From: Candidatus Magasanikbacteria bacterium RIFOXYC2_FULL_42_28
Lineage (GTDB): Bacteria; Patescibacteriota; Patescibacteriia; Magasanikbacterales; GWA2-37-8
Direction of reading: 5' to 3'
NCBI GenBank assembly: GCA_001784435.1
Contig: MFQZ01000010.1
Coordinates: forward strand, 18,917 to 82,916
DNA length: 64,000 bases
Shown here: positions 9,149 to 18,309 of the stretch, one piece after another
Layout of the letters: the number at the start of each line of letters is the position of its first letter
How positions within the stretch are numbered: the stretch's first letter is position 1
Position numbers and translations under genes: made by a program
Notes under the pieces: generated by a model
Seen by the model: only the letters and a program-made list of their open reading frames with translations
Told to the model about the DNA's origin: nothing
The model's database searches: none

Positions 9149-9571
9149 TTATTTTCCCGTACTGCCAAAACTGCCTAGTCCACGTTGGGCTTCGGTTAAT
9201 TCATTTACTTCTTGCAGTTCGGCAATAGCAACAGGATAAATTATCAGTTGGGCGATTTTGTGGCCGGTTTCAATTTTATATGGTTCTTGTCCTAAATTTA
9301 TTAGTTGCACATTGTATTCACCACGATAACCAGCATCAAATACCCCGCCCATCGTATGGATGCCGCCGTTTTTTGGCAATGAACTTTTATCTTTCACAAT
9401 CGCCGCGTAGCCGGTCTCAAATTCCAGAGCAAATCCGACAAAAAATATTTTTCTCTCGCCCGGTTGCAAATTATAATCTTCCAAAGAATATAAATCCATA
9501 CCCACATCGCCCGGGTGGGCATAAGTGGGGAGGATAGCGTCGGGTTTTAGCCGTTTAATTTTAATTTGCAT
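9149..9571 (-). CDS. dut: Trimeric dUTPase
   Basis: GMDLYS, GVFDAGYRGE, IAQLII and RGLGSFGSTG motifs. Confidence 0.95.
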   Translation of the reverse strand: MQIKIKRLKPDAILPTYAHPGDVGMDLYSLEDYNLQPGERKIFFVGFALEFETGYAAIVKDKSSLPKNGGIHTMGGVFDAGYRGEYNVQLINLGQEPYKIETGHKIAQLIIYPVAIAELQEVNELTEAQRGLGSFGSTGK

Positions 9572-10115
9572 ATTTTTTAACCAATGCGTCCAGCTGGGCG
9601 TGTAAATTTTCCATGGTGCCGTTATTATTGATGTGTTCGATCGCGTACTTTACCACGTCTAAAATACTTAATTCCGTAGAGCGTTTGTGGTCTTCTAAAA
9701 ATTGTTCGTAAGTTTTGGTGTTGTCGTCTGAATTTTCACCACGTTTTATCAGTCGCTCGTAGCGAGTTTCTGGTTCGGCAAAAATTTCTATTAAGACAAA
9801 ATTTGGTAATTGTGATAAATATTCAATATCAGCCATTCGACGGATTCCTTCCACCACCACTAAATTATTGGTAGCGGCTTGCGCGTCGCCGGCAATGGCT
9901 TTGGCCAAGGTATTTTCACCAAAAGTTGTGCGGATACATTCCGACATTTTAATCAAAAAATCACGCGATTGTTCCAGATAAATGCGATTTAGCAGGTCGC
10001 GCAAAATTGTGGAATAGCGGAAAGTATCGGCTTGATATTTTGTTTCTAAATATTTTGCCACCGTGCCCTTACCGCTTGATAGTAATCCGGTAAATCCTAA
10101 AATTATTTTATTCAT
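9561..10115 (-). CDS. P-loop (deoxy)nucleoside monophosphate kinase / dephospho-CoA-kinase-like protein
   Basis: GLLSSGKGT P-loop, EGIR and INNNG motifs; position inside the dTTP operon. Confidence 0.7.
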   Translation of the reverse strand: MNKIILGFTGLLSSGKGTVAKYLETKYQADTFRYSTILRDLLNRIYLEQSRDFLIKMSECIRTTFGENTLAKAIAGDAQAATNNLVVVEGIRRMADIEYLSQLPNFVLIEIFAEPETRYERLIKRGENSDDNTKTYEQFLEDHKRSTELSILDVVKYAIEHINNNGTMENLHAQLDALVKKYAN

Positions 10116-10121
10116 AAATTT

Positions 10122-10592
10122 TCACTTAGCCCAATCCGATACATACTGCCGGCATTTAATCCCGGCGGCGTCAAATAACCGACGGGCGGCGGTAAATGCG
10201 TCCACGTCGTGGTATTTATCACTTTCATAAATCACTTCTACTACCCCGTTTTGAATAATGGTTTTGGCGCACTCATTGCAGGGGAATAAGCAGGAATAAA
10301 CACGCCCGCCTTTGACTGACATGTTGGCGTTGTAAATCGCGTTTTCTTCGGCGTGGCACATATAGGCGTACTTGGTGTTCAAAAACGCGCCTTCACGCTC
10401 CCAAGGCAATTGATCAGCCTCAATACCGCGCGGGAAGCCGTTATAGCCCATACCTAAAACGACGTTATTTTTATCTACGACTATCGAGCCGACTTGTGAG
10501 GAAGGGTCCTTGGAGCGCTCGGCAATCACATGCGTCATGCGCATAAAACATTCGTCCCAGGAGATCGTATTTTCGCGAGGAGTAATAGGCAT
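10122..10592 (-). CDS. dCMP deaminase
   Basis: SKDPSSQVG, GYNGFPRG, HAEEN and PCNEC zinc-deaminase motifs. Confidence 0.95.
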   Translation of the reverse strand: MPITPRENTISWDECFMRMTHVIAERSKDPSSQVGSIVVDKNNVVLGMGYNGFPRGIEADQLPWEREGAFLNTKYAYMCHAEENAIYNANMSVKGGRVYSCLFPCNECAKTIIQNGVVEVIYESDKYHDVDAFTAARRLFDAAGIKCRQYVSDWAK

Positions 10593-10625
10593 ATATTTTA
10601 ATTAATTCAATACCGAAATTGTATC

Positions 10626-10657
10626 AAAAAACCGCGCCTTGGGCAAGGGGCGGTTTT
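10626..10657. terminator. Intrinsic terminator
   Basis: aaaaaccgcgcctt-gggc-aaggggcggtttt hairpin with T-runs. Confidence 0.65.
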
Positions 10658-10672
10658 AAGTTGATAAATTTG

Positions 10673-11800
10673 TCAATGTTGTTGTAATATTTTTACAAAA
10701 CCTTTGTTGGCGTCTACTTCGATCATTTGGCCAGTCTTAATTTTTTTGGTAGCACCCTTAACACGTATTAGGGATGGCTTATTCAATTCTCTGCAAATTA
10801 TCGCCGCATGGCACAAGATTGTTCCTCGTTCCATAATTATTGCCCCTGCTTTTTTTATATATGGAATATATTCTAAAGTTGGCATGGTGCAAACCAAAAT
10901 TTCGCCTTTTTGGAATGATGGTACTTTCGTCCCGTTTACTATTCGAGCTTTTCCGATATATTTTCCGCTATTAGCAGATATGCCCTTGATTATCTTTGCT
11001 GGCTTTTTGCGGGTAAGAATGGTTGCTTTAGTGGCTTGCCAGATATCAAATTTCGCCAGGGTTCTGCCCTGAATGCGATTGTAATCGATGAATCTTATTT
11101 TATCCCCCGGCCAGACCATAAATTCAAAATAACCGCGTAGGTATTTGCGACTGTTAAAAGACGAACCCAATTGTTCTTTCAGTTGGCTGCGAGTTTTAGC
11201 ATGGGTAACTTTTAATGCCTGTACGGCCTTTTTTATAATTTTGATCGCGTATTTGTTATGTTTAGAAAAAATCCAGTTAGTGAAATTACTTGAAAAAAAG
11301 ATCGGCATTTTTTGACAATTCCCGATGCTAAGGCCACTAAGTCGTCCTTCGTTAATTTCTCCCCAAATGCCGTTGTTATTGATAATAAAAATAGCGGATA
11401 GTTTAATAATTTTAGAGCGAGGTCGTATTTCTACCCAATACTTATCTTCATCTAATTTTTTGTTTTTAAGCCAATTAATTGCATTATGAGTATTACGCCC
11501 GCTTAGCCGCAACTTTGGCAATCTTTGGTTTTTTGGTATGGCACGCAACATACACTGTTGGTTGCCCATATTGTTTACGGTATCTTTAAATAATGGTGTG
11601 CGTTCGTTGATGTCGCGCAGTGTCATTTTTTCTGGTTTGTCATAGGGTAAATTTATGAGTATATGCAATAAATCTAGACGATGACGTTTGGAGTTGTCTT
11701 CTATAAGCATACGTCTGCCGTTCGGTACTTGAATTTTTTTTAGCCATTCCGTAAACGGCGGCCAGGCATTTTTTTGAAGTTTTTGGTTGGAGTAAATCAT
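10673..11800 (-). CDS. Protein with C-terminal PEP-utilising mobile (phospho-His swivel) domain and unknown N-terminal part
   Basis: GISANSGKYIGKAR...GEILV...AIIMERGTILCHAAIICRELNKP...IEVDANKGFV. Confidence 0.8.
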   Translation of the reverse strand: MIYSNQKLQKNAWPPFTEWLKKIQVPNGRRMLIEDNSKRHRLDLLHILINLPYDKPEKMTLRDINERTPLFKDTVNNMGNQQCMLRAIPKNQRLPKLRLSGRNTHNAINWLKNKKLDEDKYWVEIRPRSKIIKLSAIFIINNNGIWGEINEGRLSGLSIGNCQKMPIFFSSNFTNWIFSKHNKYAIKIIKKAVQALKVTHAKTRSQLKEQLGSSFNSRKYLRGYFEFMVWPGDKIRFIDYNRIQGRTLAKFDIWQATKATILTRKKPAKIIKGISANSGKYIGKARIVNGTKVPSFQKGEILVCTMPTLEYIPYIKKAGAIIMERGTILCHAAIICRELNKPSLIRVKGATKKIKTGQMIEVDANKGFVKILQQH

Positions 11801-11803
11801 AGC

Positions 11804-12850
11804 TTAATTGGTAACAGTAAGATGATTGGCCAATTTTGCTTGGTATTTTTCCACTTCATTAATAATTTTTTTGGCAGTTGCAATGGTATAAGCGGCTCGC
11901 TTGTTCAGTCCAGTTTCATAGCCAAAAATTATTCCGGCGGCACCGTCTAGTACAATGTTGGTTAAGTCGCAGATATCCGCGCGGGTAGGTATATAGTTAT
12001 GAATGGTGCTGGCCAGAATGTGGGTAGATATTAGAATTGGTTTAGAAAATTTTTTAGCGCGAGACATTATCTGTTTTTGCAGTAAGCCGATTTTTTCAAA
12101 TGGCATGTTGACGCCCATCTCTCCGCGATCGATCAGTATCATATCAAAAAAATTATCTTGACAAATAGCGTTGAGTTCTTCGGCAGTAATATTTTTTTCT
12201 ATTTTTATGATGTATTTGAGTCGATTAGTTTTAGGTGGAAATAGCAGTTTTATTTTTTCGATAAACGATTTGCTAATATATGAACAAGCGAGATAGTCGG
12301 GGTGCAGACCGTTAATTTGCTCCAAAGTTTTTTTATAAATTTCAACCATGTAATCTTCGTCATAGATAGCGTAGTTATTACCCAAATTTACAGTTTTGGA
12401 ATTTCTTATGATGCCACTATTGATTATTTGGATTTTTACGATATCAGACGATATGATGTCTTTTATTTGTACTGTAACTTCCCCGTCTCCGATTGCAATT
12501 ATTTGCCCCAGCGATACTTTTGAGCCGATGTGCGGGATATTTAATGGTATGAATTCAAGACAATCCGGAGAGTAATCAGCGGAACGTAAGATAAGTTCGC
12601 TCCCTTCTTGTACCGGGAAAGTCTGACCTTCAAAAAATCCTAGGCGATGTTTATTAAGTGGAAAATCAATAAATTTTTTAACGGACGCATTTAAACTATC
12701 GATAACCTTTTCCGCTTTTTGAACCGATTCGATGTAGTTGTCGATGGAACGGTGAGACAAATTAAATCGCAATACATCCGCTCCGGTTAGGATCATTTTA
12801 ATTATTTGTTCTTCGGTAATGTTGTGACCGACAGAAGCAATTATCAACAT
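11804..12850 (-). CDS. Divergent pyruvate-kinase-like protein (barrel plus B domain, no C-terminal domain)
   Basis: GADVLRFNLSH, KIEK, DRGEMGV, PTRADICD and LDGAAGIIFGYET align with pyruvate kinase motifs but are degenerate. Confidence 0.8.
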   Translation of the reverse strand: MLIIASVGHNITEEQIIKMILTGADVLRFNLSHRSIDNYIESVQKAEKVIDSLNASVKKFIDFPLNKHRLGFFEGQTFPVQEGSELILRSADYSPDCLEFIPLNIPHIGSKVSLGQIIAIGDGEVTVQIKDIISSDIVKIQIINSGIIRNSKTVNLGNNYAIYDEDYMVEIYKKTLEQINGLHPDYLACSYISKSFIEKIKLLFPPKTNRLKYIIKIEKNITAEELNAICQDNFFDMILIDRGEMGVNMPFEKIGLLQKQIMSRAKKFSKPILISTHILASTIHNYIPTRADICDLTNIVLDGAAGIIFGYETGLNKRAAYTIATAKKIINEVEKYQAKLANHLTVTN

Positions 12851-12864
12851 AACACGCTAAGTTT

Positions 12865-12895
12865 AAAAACCTCTGCCGAAAAGCAGAGGTCTTTT
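12865..12895 (-). terminator. Intrinsic terminator after rplA
   Basis: acctctgc-tttc-ggcagaggt followed by a T-run on the minus strand. Confidence 0.7.
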
Positions 12896-12897
12896 GT

Positions 12898-13578
12898 TTA
12901 ACTGTTAGTGGCGACTTTTATCGCCGGTCCCATCGAAGAGCACAAGGTCAAGCTTTGCAGATAGGATCCCTTTATTCCATCTGGCTTGGCCTTGTTTAAA
13001 GCGTCCAGAAAGGCCGTTAAGTTTTCTTTGAGCTGAGCTTCCGTAAAACTGACTCGCCCGACCAATTGGTGGACATTGGCTCCGTCATCATTTTTGAAAG
13101 TAACTTTGCCTTTTTTTAATTCTTCAATCATTTTTTTCAAGTTCGGGCCGACCGTTTCGGTTTTGGGATTAGGCATCAAGCCCTTCGGGCCCAACACTTT
13201 CGCGGCCATGGCCAATTTCGCCATCATGTCCGGCGTGGTAACAGCAATTTCAAAATTAATTTTGCCAGTGTCTTTAATTTTTTTAATATCTTCTTCACCG
13301 TAAACAAAATCCGCGCCGGCTTCTTTGGCTTCTTTTTCTCTTTCCGGAGAGACGAACGCGGCGACGGTTTTAGTTTTACCAGTGCCGTGGGGTAATACCA
13401 CAGTAGCGCGTACCTGTTGTTCGCCTTTTTTAACGTCAATCCCCAAGTGGGCGTGGACTTCAATACCGGCGTCAAATTTGACTCCGGATGTTTCGCGGGC
13501 GAGCTTAATGGCTTCGTCCAACGGGTAAACCTTGTTTTTTTCCACCTTGGAAGCAAGGCCTTTCATTCTTTTTCCCAT
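12898..13578 (-). CDS. rplA: 50S ribosomal protein L1
   Basis: KFDAGIEVH, VVLPHGTGK, LGPKGLMPNPK and SSMGP motifs. Confidence 0.98.
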   Translation of the reverse strand: MGKRMKGLASKVEKNKVYPLDEAIKLARETSGVKFDAGIEVHAHLGIDVKKGEQQVRATVVLPHGTGKTKTVAAFVSPEREKEAKEAGADFVYGEEDIKKIKDTGKINFEIAVTTPDMMAKLAMAAKVLGPKGLMPNPKTETVGPNLKKMIEELKKGKVTFKNDDGANVHQLVGRVSFTEAQLKENLTAFLDALNKAKPDGIKGSYLQSLTLCSSMGPAIKVATNS

Positions 13579-13592
13579 ACATTATATATAGA

Positions 13593-13637
13593 GTGGTACA
13601 AACTCCAGCCCGCCGGATGGCGGGGGCCGGATCCCAC
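13593..13637 (-). promoter_or_regulatory. Putative L1-binding autoregulatory leader
   Basis: GUGGGA-stem-ACCAC arrangement just upstream of rplA. Promoter TTGACA-17-TAAAAT at 13684-13656. Confidence 0.6.
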
Positions 13638-13794
13638 CTGCTTACAGTATACAGGATTTTAGCGGATTTGGCCAGATTTGTCAAGGGTGGGGGTCTTGAC
13701 AAAAGGTCAAAAATGTGCATAGCCGAAAATCACTATTTTGACAATTTGGCGATTTTGCCGTTGATATGGTAAAATAACAACAACCTAAAAAAAT

Positions 13795-15930
13795 ATGGCT
13801 GATAAATTTAAACATATAATTTTTAATCCGCGCGTGCGATTGTGTTTGGGTATTTTTGTGTTTATGGCCGTGCTCGGTTGGGTCTATTCCGGGCAGTGGC
13901 AAGTTTGGCGTAATCCGGATTTTCCGCCGAAAGTGGAAACGGCCAAGGCCGCCACTTGGTATAACGCCAGTTGGTCGTATCGCAAAACTGTTACGATTGA
14001 TTATACGAAAGTTTCTACCACTTTGTCTAATTTTCCAGTGATGGTGAGTACTACCGATAGCAATTTATCATCTTACGCGTCTTCTACTGGCGCGGATATT
14101 TTGTTTACATCTGACGATGGCACTACCAAACTTAATCACGAAATTGAAAGTTATACGAGTGCAACCGGGAAATTAATTGCTTGGGTAAATGTGACGAGCT
14201 TGTCTAATTCGGCGAATACTGTTCTTTATATGTATTATGGCAATACGGGGGCAGCGGATCAGCAAAATATTACCGGGACGTGGGATTCAAATTATGTGGG
14301 CGTATGGCACATGAAAGAAAATCCGTCCGGTTCGGCGCCCCAGATGAAAGATAGCACGACTAATGCCAATCATGGCACTACTCAAGGTTCAATGCCTTCC
14401 GGATCCTTGGTAAACGCGCAGATTGGCGATGGTTTGGATTTTAATGGTTCCAGTTATTATGTCTCTCTTCCGGTTACATCCTCGCTTAATATCACCGGGG
14501 CGATTACTGTTGAGACCTGGGTTTACGCGGATGCTCTTTCGTCGGCTAGAAGGTTTGTGTCTAAAAACAACACCGTAACCAAATCTTGGGAACTTAATTT
14601 TGAATCAGCTGTTGGTGGTTTAACTACCATGAGAGTTTTTGATGGCGGAACAATAAAACGTACGCAAGAAGCGGCAGCAATGACGGTCGGATCTTGGTTC
14701 CATTATGTCGGTGTATTTGATCCCAGCACTGCCGTGATAATTTATAAAAACGGCTCACAAAGCGGAGCTCTAACTTCCGGAATTCCGGCAGCGCAGAACG
14801 ACAATCCCAATATCGCGGTATTATTTGCTCGCAGTCCCTATGCTGGCTGTGTAAATTGTTATTTAGATGGCAAAATGGATGAAGTGCGCGTTTCCAATGT
14901 GGCCCGCTCCGCCGGTTGGATTTTAACCGAATATAACAATCAATATTCACCGTCGACCTTTTATAGTATAGAAAGTACAGCACAAACCCCGCCGTTTTTT
15001 GATCAAATTTATTATAAATTTTTTAATAATGCCGATTCTACTGATGTGGGCTTAAAATTGGCGAATCAAAATTTACCAGCTACTTTATCGGCCACCGGCG
15101 ACCCGTTCCGTTTGCGCTTGGGTTTACACGTCACCGGTAGTCAAATTGACGCGAGTGGCCAAAGTTTTAAATTACAGTTTGCGGAAAAATCAGGGGATTG
15201 CGATGGCGTTTTTTCCGGTGAAAGTTATGCTGATGTAACCGGAGCGACTGCAATTGCGTATTATGATAATGCCACCCCTAATGATGGTGATAGTTTGACT
15301 ATAAACGCGGGCGACCCAAATATTGGTAATAATGTGATTGAACAGACATATGAAGAGGCCAATAATTTTACCAATTCTGTGGGCGCGATTGCAGTCGGTG
15401 AAGAGGGTTTGTGGGATTTTTCTTTATACGATAATGGCGCGCCGGCCGATACCTCGTATTGTTTGCGGGTGATTAAATCAGATGGTAATAATATTGATAG
15501 TTATACCGAAATACCGGAAATAATTACTGCATCGGGCGCGTCACCAGTGGTGTCGGTCTCGGTCCAAGACGGAATTATTAGTTATGGCTATCTGTCAGCC
15601 GGTTCCAGTACCACCACAATTGCTATTGGCGATTCTCAAACTGTCACCAATAATGGTAATGTGGATATAGATTTGGGCATAAAAGGTTCAACATCTACGC
15701 CTGGCAATTGGACATTGGCTTCGCAAGTAGGCCCCGATCAATATGTTCATGAATATTCAGTTGATGTCGGTGATACTTGGGTGCCACTTACTGCCGATTA
15801 TCAACTTTTGGTTCCCGGAGTGCCGCCAGATGCCGGTGGTGTTATTGATTTCCGAATTCAAGTGCCAAGTTCAACTTCGGATTATAGTACGCAAAATGTT
15901 GATGTTACTATTTTGGCGATTCAATCATAG
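13795..15930 (+). CDS. Surface protein: N-terminal TM/signal, DUF2341-like domain, LamG/ConA-like domain, C-terminal pilin-like domain
   Basis: WSYRKTVTID..NFPV..DILFT..YMYYGN (DUF2341-like); LDFNG..TVETWV..WFHYVGV..GKMDEVRVS (LamG). The C-terminus is homologous to the next gene. Confidence 0.85.
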   Translation: MADKFKHIIFNPRVRLCLGIFVFMAVLGWVYSGQWQVWRNPDFPPKVETAKAATWYNASWSYRKTVTIDYTKVSTTLSNFPVMVSTTDSNLSSYASSTGADILFTSDDGTTKLNHEIESYTSATGKLIAWVNVTSLSNSANTVLYMYYGNTGAADQQNITGTWDSNYVGVWHMKENPSGSAPQMKDSTTNANHGTTQGSMPSGSLVNAQIGDGLDFNGSSYYVSLPVTSSLNITGAITVETWVYADALSSARRFVSKNNTVTKSWELNFESAVGGLTTMRVFDGGTIKRTQEAAAMTVGSWFHYVGVFDPSTAVIIYKNGSQSGALTSGIPAAQNDNPNIAVLFARSPYAGCVNCYLDGKMDEVRVSNVARSAGWILTEYNNQYSPSTFYSIESTAQTPPFFDQIYYKFFNNADSTDVGLKLANQNLPATLSATGDPFRLRLGLHVTGSQIDASGQSFKLQFAEKSGDCDGVFSGESYADVTGATAIAYYDNATPNDGDSLTINAGDPNIGNNVIEQTYEEANNFTNSVGAIAVGEEGLWDFSLYDNGAPADTSYCLRVIKSDGNNIDSYTEIPEIITASGASPVVSVSVQDGIISYGYLSAGSSTTTIAIGDSQTVTNNGNVDIDLGIKGSTSTPGNWTLASQVGPDQYVHEYSVDVGDTWVPLTADYQLLVPGVPPDAGGVIDFRIQVPSSTSDYSTQNVDVTILAIQS

Positions 15931-15964
15931 TAGCGCTGTGGATAAGTATGCCTGCGGGAGGGGG

Positions 15965-15993
15965 TTGGAGATAAAAAAGTTATGTGGTATAAT
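15965..15993 (+). promoter_or_regulatory. Internal sigma70 promoter for the small pilin-like gene
   Basis: TTGGAG-17-TATAAT with a TGn extension. Confidence 0.6.
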
Positions 15994-16024
15994 ATAGTTG
16001 TTAATTTGTTTAAATTTATTTTTT

Positions 16025-16531
16025 ATGAAAAATAAAAAACTGGATTTGGTAATCGGGGTTTTATTTGTGGTTGCGCTCGCGTTCGGGGTGTCGGCGCAGG
16101 GGGCTGATACCGGTACGGTAACGGCCACGGTAACAGTGCAAAATGTTTCGGTTACAGTGACTGACGGTGCGGTTGATTATGGTACGATGACGGTTAGTGA
16201 TACTGCAGACACTTTATCTGGCGATTTAAACGATCCTCAATACGCTGTTAATAGTGGTAATGTGGCGGAAACTTTAAATATAAAAGGGTCTACTTCAACG
16301 CCAGGTGATTGGACTTTGGCTGGGAGCGTCGGAGCGAATACCTATAAACACGCGTTTTCTACCAGCACCGATCCTAATTGGGTGGCAATGTCTGTTAACT
16401 ATCAAACCGTTACAACTACTTTGGCCGTCGCCGCCACCTCTACTCTGTACCTTCAGTTGAGCACGCCGTCTAGTGTTAGCAGTTATGTGGCCAACAATGT
16501 TGACTTAACCGTACAAGCGGTTGCCAACTAG
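16025..16531 (+). CDS. Secreted beta-rich putative pilin / fibre subunit
   Basis: Signal peptide (..VSAQG-A), Thr/Val alternating N-terminal strand, paralogous to the C-terminus of 13795-15930. Start ATG 16025. Confidence 0.7.
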   Translation: MKNKKLDLVIGVLFVVALAFGVSAQGADTGTVTATVTVQNVSVTVTDGAVDYGTMTVSDTADTLSGDLNDPQYAVNSGNVAETLNIKGSTSTPGDWTLAGSVGANTYKHAFSTSTDPNWVAMSVNYQTVTTTLAVAATSTLYLQLSTPSSVSSYVANNVDLTVQAVAN

Positions 16532-16557
16532 TTTTAAATGGTTGTTAAAATAAAGAT

Positions 16558-17148
16558 ATGCGGAAATTTATTTTTCTGATATTGATTTGTCTTCTGGCAA
16601 CGCCACTTTTAGTTTCCGCGCGTATTGGAGTGGGTGTGGGATCTGGTAAAATTGAGGTAAAAGAAAAATTAAAACCTGGTCAGTCCTATGATTTGCCGAT
16701 TTTACCAGTTATTAATAATGGTGATGAATTAACAGAATACGAAGTGACAATTGAATATCATGAGGGCGTTCCCGAATTGCGTCCGGCGCGAGAATGGATT
16801 GAATTTACCCCGCGGACATTTTCTTTAGAACCGGGTCAGGTTAAAAATGTTAAAGTAGAATTGAATTTGCCGGTGAAGGCCGAACCCGGTAATTACTTTG
16901 CGTATTTAGAAGGTCATCCGCTGAAGAAAAGTATTGGCACCGGTGGAGCGGCGGTGGGAATCGCGGCCGCGGCTAAAATGTATTTTACCGTCGTGCCCGC
17001 CAATATTTTTGCCGCTTGGTATTATAAATTGAGCACCTGGTATGGCCATTATCACCCGTTTAACACAGCCGTACTTGGCTTATTAGCGTTTATTTTTGTA
17101 GTATATTGGGTAAAAAAGAATTTTAAATTTCAGATTGCGAAGAAATGA
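16558..17148 (+). CDS. DUF916/PapD-like Ig-fold protein with C-terminal TM anchor
   Basis: Signal peptide; LKPGQSY..V.N.GD..WIEFTPRTFSLEPGQVKNVKVELNLP..AEPGNY; C-terminal TM helix with basic tail. Confidence 0.65.
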   Translation: MRKFIFLILICLLATPLLVSARIGVGVGSGKIEVKEKLKPGQSYDLPILPVINNGDELTEYEVTIEYHEGVPELRPAREWIEFTPRTFSLEPGQVKNVKVELNLPVKAEPGNYFAYLEGHPLKKSIGTGGAAVGIAAAAKMYFTVVPANIFAAWYYKLSTWYGHYHPFNTAVLGLLAFIFVVYWVKKNFKFQIAKK

Positions 17149-17161
17149 TTTACTGTTCGTC

Positions 17162-18232
17162 ATGAAAAAAGTACTTGGCAAAATTATTTTATTCTCTCTC
17201 CCCCTACTGGTTATTTCATTAGGGGCTTTTTTTTCTTATTCGGATTTTGTTATTGCCGCTTCTACCGCTTCGGTTAGCGCGACAATTAAAATAGAAATTT
17301 GCGGTGATAGTGTAAAAGATGATGGTGAAGAGTGTGATGGTAGTGATTTGAACGGTCAGTCCTGTACTAATTTTAGTGGATTTACCGGTGGAACATTATC
17401 CTGCTCGGCCGGATGCTTATTTGTTACAACCGGTTGCACAACAGCTGTTACTCCGCCAGGTGGCGGTGGGGGAGGTGGTGGCGGTGGTGGCGGTGGGCCA
17501 ATCACGCCCGTAATCACGAGCGCGGTATTTGTAGGGCGCGCTTATCCGGGCAGTTCAGTGACACTTTTAAAAGATGGTCAACTGGCCGTGCGCACCGTGG
17601 CCGGGCCGGACGCTAATTTTCAAATGACTTTGGCCGGACTGTCCGCCGGAAATTATATTTTTTCGCTTTATACTACCGATAGTGTTGGCCGACAATCGTC
17701 AGCTTTGACTTTTCCGGTGTATGTTACGAGCGGGGCCACCACGCGCGTGTCCGGAATTTTTTTAGCGCCGACCATTGCGGCTGATAAAAGTGAAGTGAAA
17801 CATGGCGACACCCTGTCTATTTTTGGCCAGTCTTTACCGCAAAGCGAAATTACGGTACAAGTGAATTCCACGCAAGAATTTTTTGCTAAAGCCAGAGCCG
17901 ACAAAGACGGTGTGTATTTATATAATTTAGATACGGCATTTTTGGAAATCGGCGATCATAGCGCGCGTTCCAAATCCACGGTGGAAAATGAAATTAGTGC
18001 TTACAGTGATCGGGTGGCTTTTAAAGTTGGGACCAAATCAGTGAATGAAGTGGTGGATACAACTTATAAAAAAGCGGACTTAAACCGTGATGGTAGTATT
18101 AATTTGGTGGATTTTTCCGTGGCCGCATATTGGTATAAACGGAAGTCGCCGCCGACGAAGTATGATTTAAATAATGATGGTAAGATTGATTTGGTGGATT
18201 TTAGTATTATGGCGTATTATTGGACAGGATAA
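17162..18232 (+). CDS. Secreted protein: Cys-rich repeat, poly-Gly linker, Ig-like domains, C-terminal dockerin-like domain
   Basis: CGDSVKDDGEECDG..C..C..C..C, a Gly run, and a duplicated Ca-loop DLNRDGSINLVDFS / DLNNDGKIDLVDFS. Confidence 0.8.
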   Translation: MKKVLGKIILFSLPLLVISLGAFFSYSDFVIAASTASVSATIKIEICGDSVKDDGEECDGSDLNGQSCTNFSGFTGGTLSCSAGCLFVTTGCTTAVTPPGGGGGGGGGGGGGPITPVITSAVFVGRAYPGSSVTLLKDGQLAVRTVAGPDANFQMTLAGLSAGNYIFSLYTTDSVGRQSSALTFPVYVTSGATTRVSGIFLAPTIAADKSEVKHGDTLSIFGQSLPQSEITVQVNSTQEFFAKARADKDGVYLYNLDTAFLEIGDHSARSKSTVENEISAYSDRVAFKVGTKSVNEVVDTTYKKADLNRDGSINLVDFSVAAYWYKRKSPPTKYDLNNDGKIDLVDFSIMAYYWTG

Positions 18233-18237
18233 CGACG

Positions 18238-18307
18238 AAAGATTGAAGAATAAAGATTAAAGATTGCGAATTATTTTTTGTTAATCTTCAATCTTTAATC
18301 TTTAATA
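18238..18307. repeat. Palindromic element of aagatt/aatctt heptamer units
   Basis: aaagattgaagaataaagattaaagatt...aatcttcaatctttaatctttaat. Confidence 0.75.
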
Positions 18308-18309
18308 AT

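Noticed and set aside
17457-17498. (GGT/GGC)n tract as a DNA-level repeat or contingency locus
   Set aside because: Mixed synonymous codons encode a poly-Gly linker; it is not a pure slippage tract.
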